NCBI RefSeq assembly: GCF_001194135.2
Contig: NC_068989.1
Location: 53,675,719 to 53,711,888 of the forward strand
Length of the DNA stretch: 36,170 bases
From: Octopus bimaculoides
Taxonomy: Eukaryota
Direction of reading: 5' to 3'
The stretch's first letter is position 1. Each line of letters begins with the position of its first letter. A program made the translations under genes and the position numbers. Shown piece after piece: positions 34,765 through 36,170 of the stretch. Under the pieces are notes generated by a model, which made no database searches, was not told the DNA's origin, and worked only from the letters and a program-made list of their open reading frames with translations.

Positions 34765-35314
34765 GAGTGAGAGAGCAGTGCATGCCATCAAAGTGACATT
34801 GGGGTAAAATATACGAAGCCCATTATACCCTTCAGGACTACCTGTCTGATAAGGATACACCAGGCACATGCATCACAACCATATGTGCATGCAGTATTAT
34901 TCTCATATCAAAATAAACAGCCCACGACCTTGCAGGTGTGGCCCAGATAGCATTTTCTTCAGGTCGAATAGCCCATCCTGCTCTAAAGGTCCCTGAATAA
35001 GGTTTATTTAAGGATGATGAACAAAACACTCATGTTTCCAGAGGTGAATTATTCAAACCCCAAAGAATTACTCTCAGCACAAGGTTATGATGCTCCCCCC
35101 ACTGCTTCTGCTCGTGATCAGAGATGCACATATCATCAGCCACTAAGGCACATGCTCAATTGGTTAAGGCCAAACGACCGTCACGCAAATCTGTGGTATT
35201 GAGCAGAATATTTGCTGTAGTCCATCTTTTATACAAAACATGGACATGATAACAATTCCAATCAGTTAAGATTAGAAGCCATGAGAGCCACTGCCTGGTA
35301 CTGCACCCGGGCAT
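34765..35314 (-). mobile_element. AAT element, copy 4
   Basis: Reverse-complement homolog of 10601-11157, with (ATT)n on both sides. Confidence 0.9.
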
Positions 35315-35413
35315 TTATTATTATTATCATTATTATTATTATTGTTGTTATTATTATTATTGTTATTATCATTATTATTATTATTGTTATTATTATTACT
35401 ATTGTTATTATTA

Positions 35414-35474
<61 letters not shown>

Positions 35475-35533
35475 TATTATTAATAGTAGTTGTAGTAGCA
35501 ACAGCAGCAGTAGCAGCAGTAGCAGCAGCAGCC

Positions 35534-35619
<86 letters not shown>

Positions 35620-35640
35620 TATTGTTGTTGCTGTTGTAGT
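35315..35640. repeat. Compound (ATT)n(GCA)n(GTA)n(GTT) array
   Basis: Direct. Confidence 0.95.
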
Positions 35641-36034
35641 ATAATGATCACGGTATCGAGTAGGAAAACACAAATATAAAATATGTGAAGTGGATATTTC
35701 ACCAATTTGGTATTTCATAACAGTCAGCGAACACGCAATGTTATGACGTGACTACTCACCGAAATATATGTATCAGGTTGACGATGAAATATCTTACATA
35801 CTTCTGCAGTTATTAAGTGTTACATATTCCTGATGTGGATTACATTTGCTTCACGGATATACATTCTGTTCTATTTCATATATGTTAGTTAATGTGTCAT
35901 TCAGAATTAGCTATCAGTGTTGAGACTAGGCTTACATATATATGTTTCATAATTCGTTGTGGTTTATGTAAGGTTAAGCCAATGCCAGAGATGGATCTCA
36001 CACTGCGTAAGACTCCTACATATTATATACTATA

Positions 36035-36110
36035 TGTCTCTCTCTCTCTCTTTCTTTTTCTCCCTCCCTATGTCTATATATAGTTTATAGATGGGATATA
36101 TATATATATA

Positions 36111-36170
<60 letters not shown>
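36035..36170. repeat. (CT)n and (TA)n microsatellites
   Basis: Direct. Confidence 0.9.

Overview
Repeat-saturated, AT-rich eukaryotic non-coding DNA with eight N gaps. The very high microsatellite load and the mix of SINE, LINE and Tc1/mariner families resemble a coleoid cephalopod (Octopus-like) draft scaffold; this is inferred from pattern recognition, not from a database search. I find no intact host gene, rRNA, functional tRNA or CRISPR array. Almost all long ORFs in the track are microsatellite or N-run artefacts. Decayed mobile elements that can be read directly: two Tc1 elements, two mariner 5' fragments, an internally deleted maT/DD37D element, a CR1/L2-clade LINE 3' end, several R4/Dong-clade (RLE) LINE fragments, a Tx1/L1-like fragment, several tRNA-derived SINE families, a DINE/HINE-like element and a possible solo LTR. 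Most interesting observations: (1) minimal hammerhead-ribozyme-like motifs in at least four unrelated repeat families, including a tRNA-headed SINE with a hammerhead tail and one nearly intact copy at 15476-15508; (2) two co-oriented trains of retroelements chained through (AAT)n tracts; (3) a Tx1-like fragment bracketed by (GATA)n and nested in an R4 ORF; (4) four head-to-head inverted twins of the same element. Peptide readings were done by hand across frameshifts and stops, and family names need confirming by profile search.
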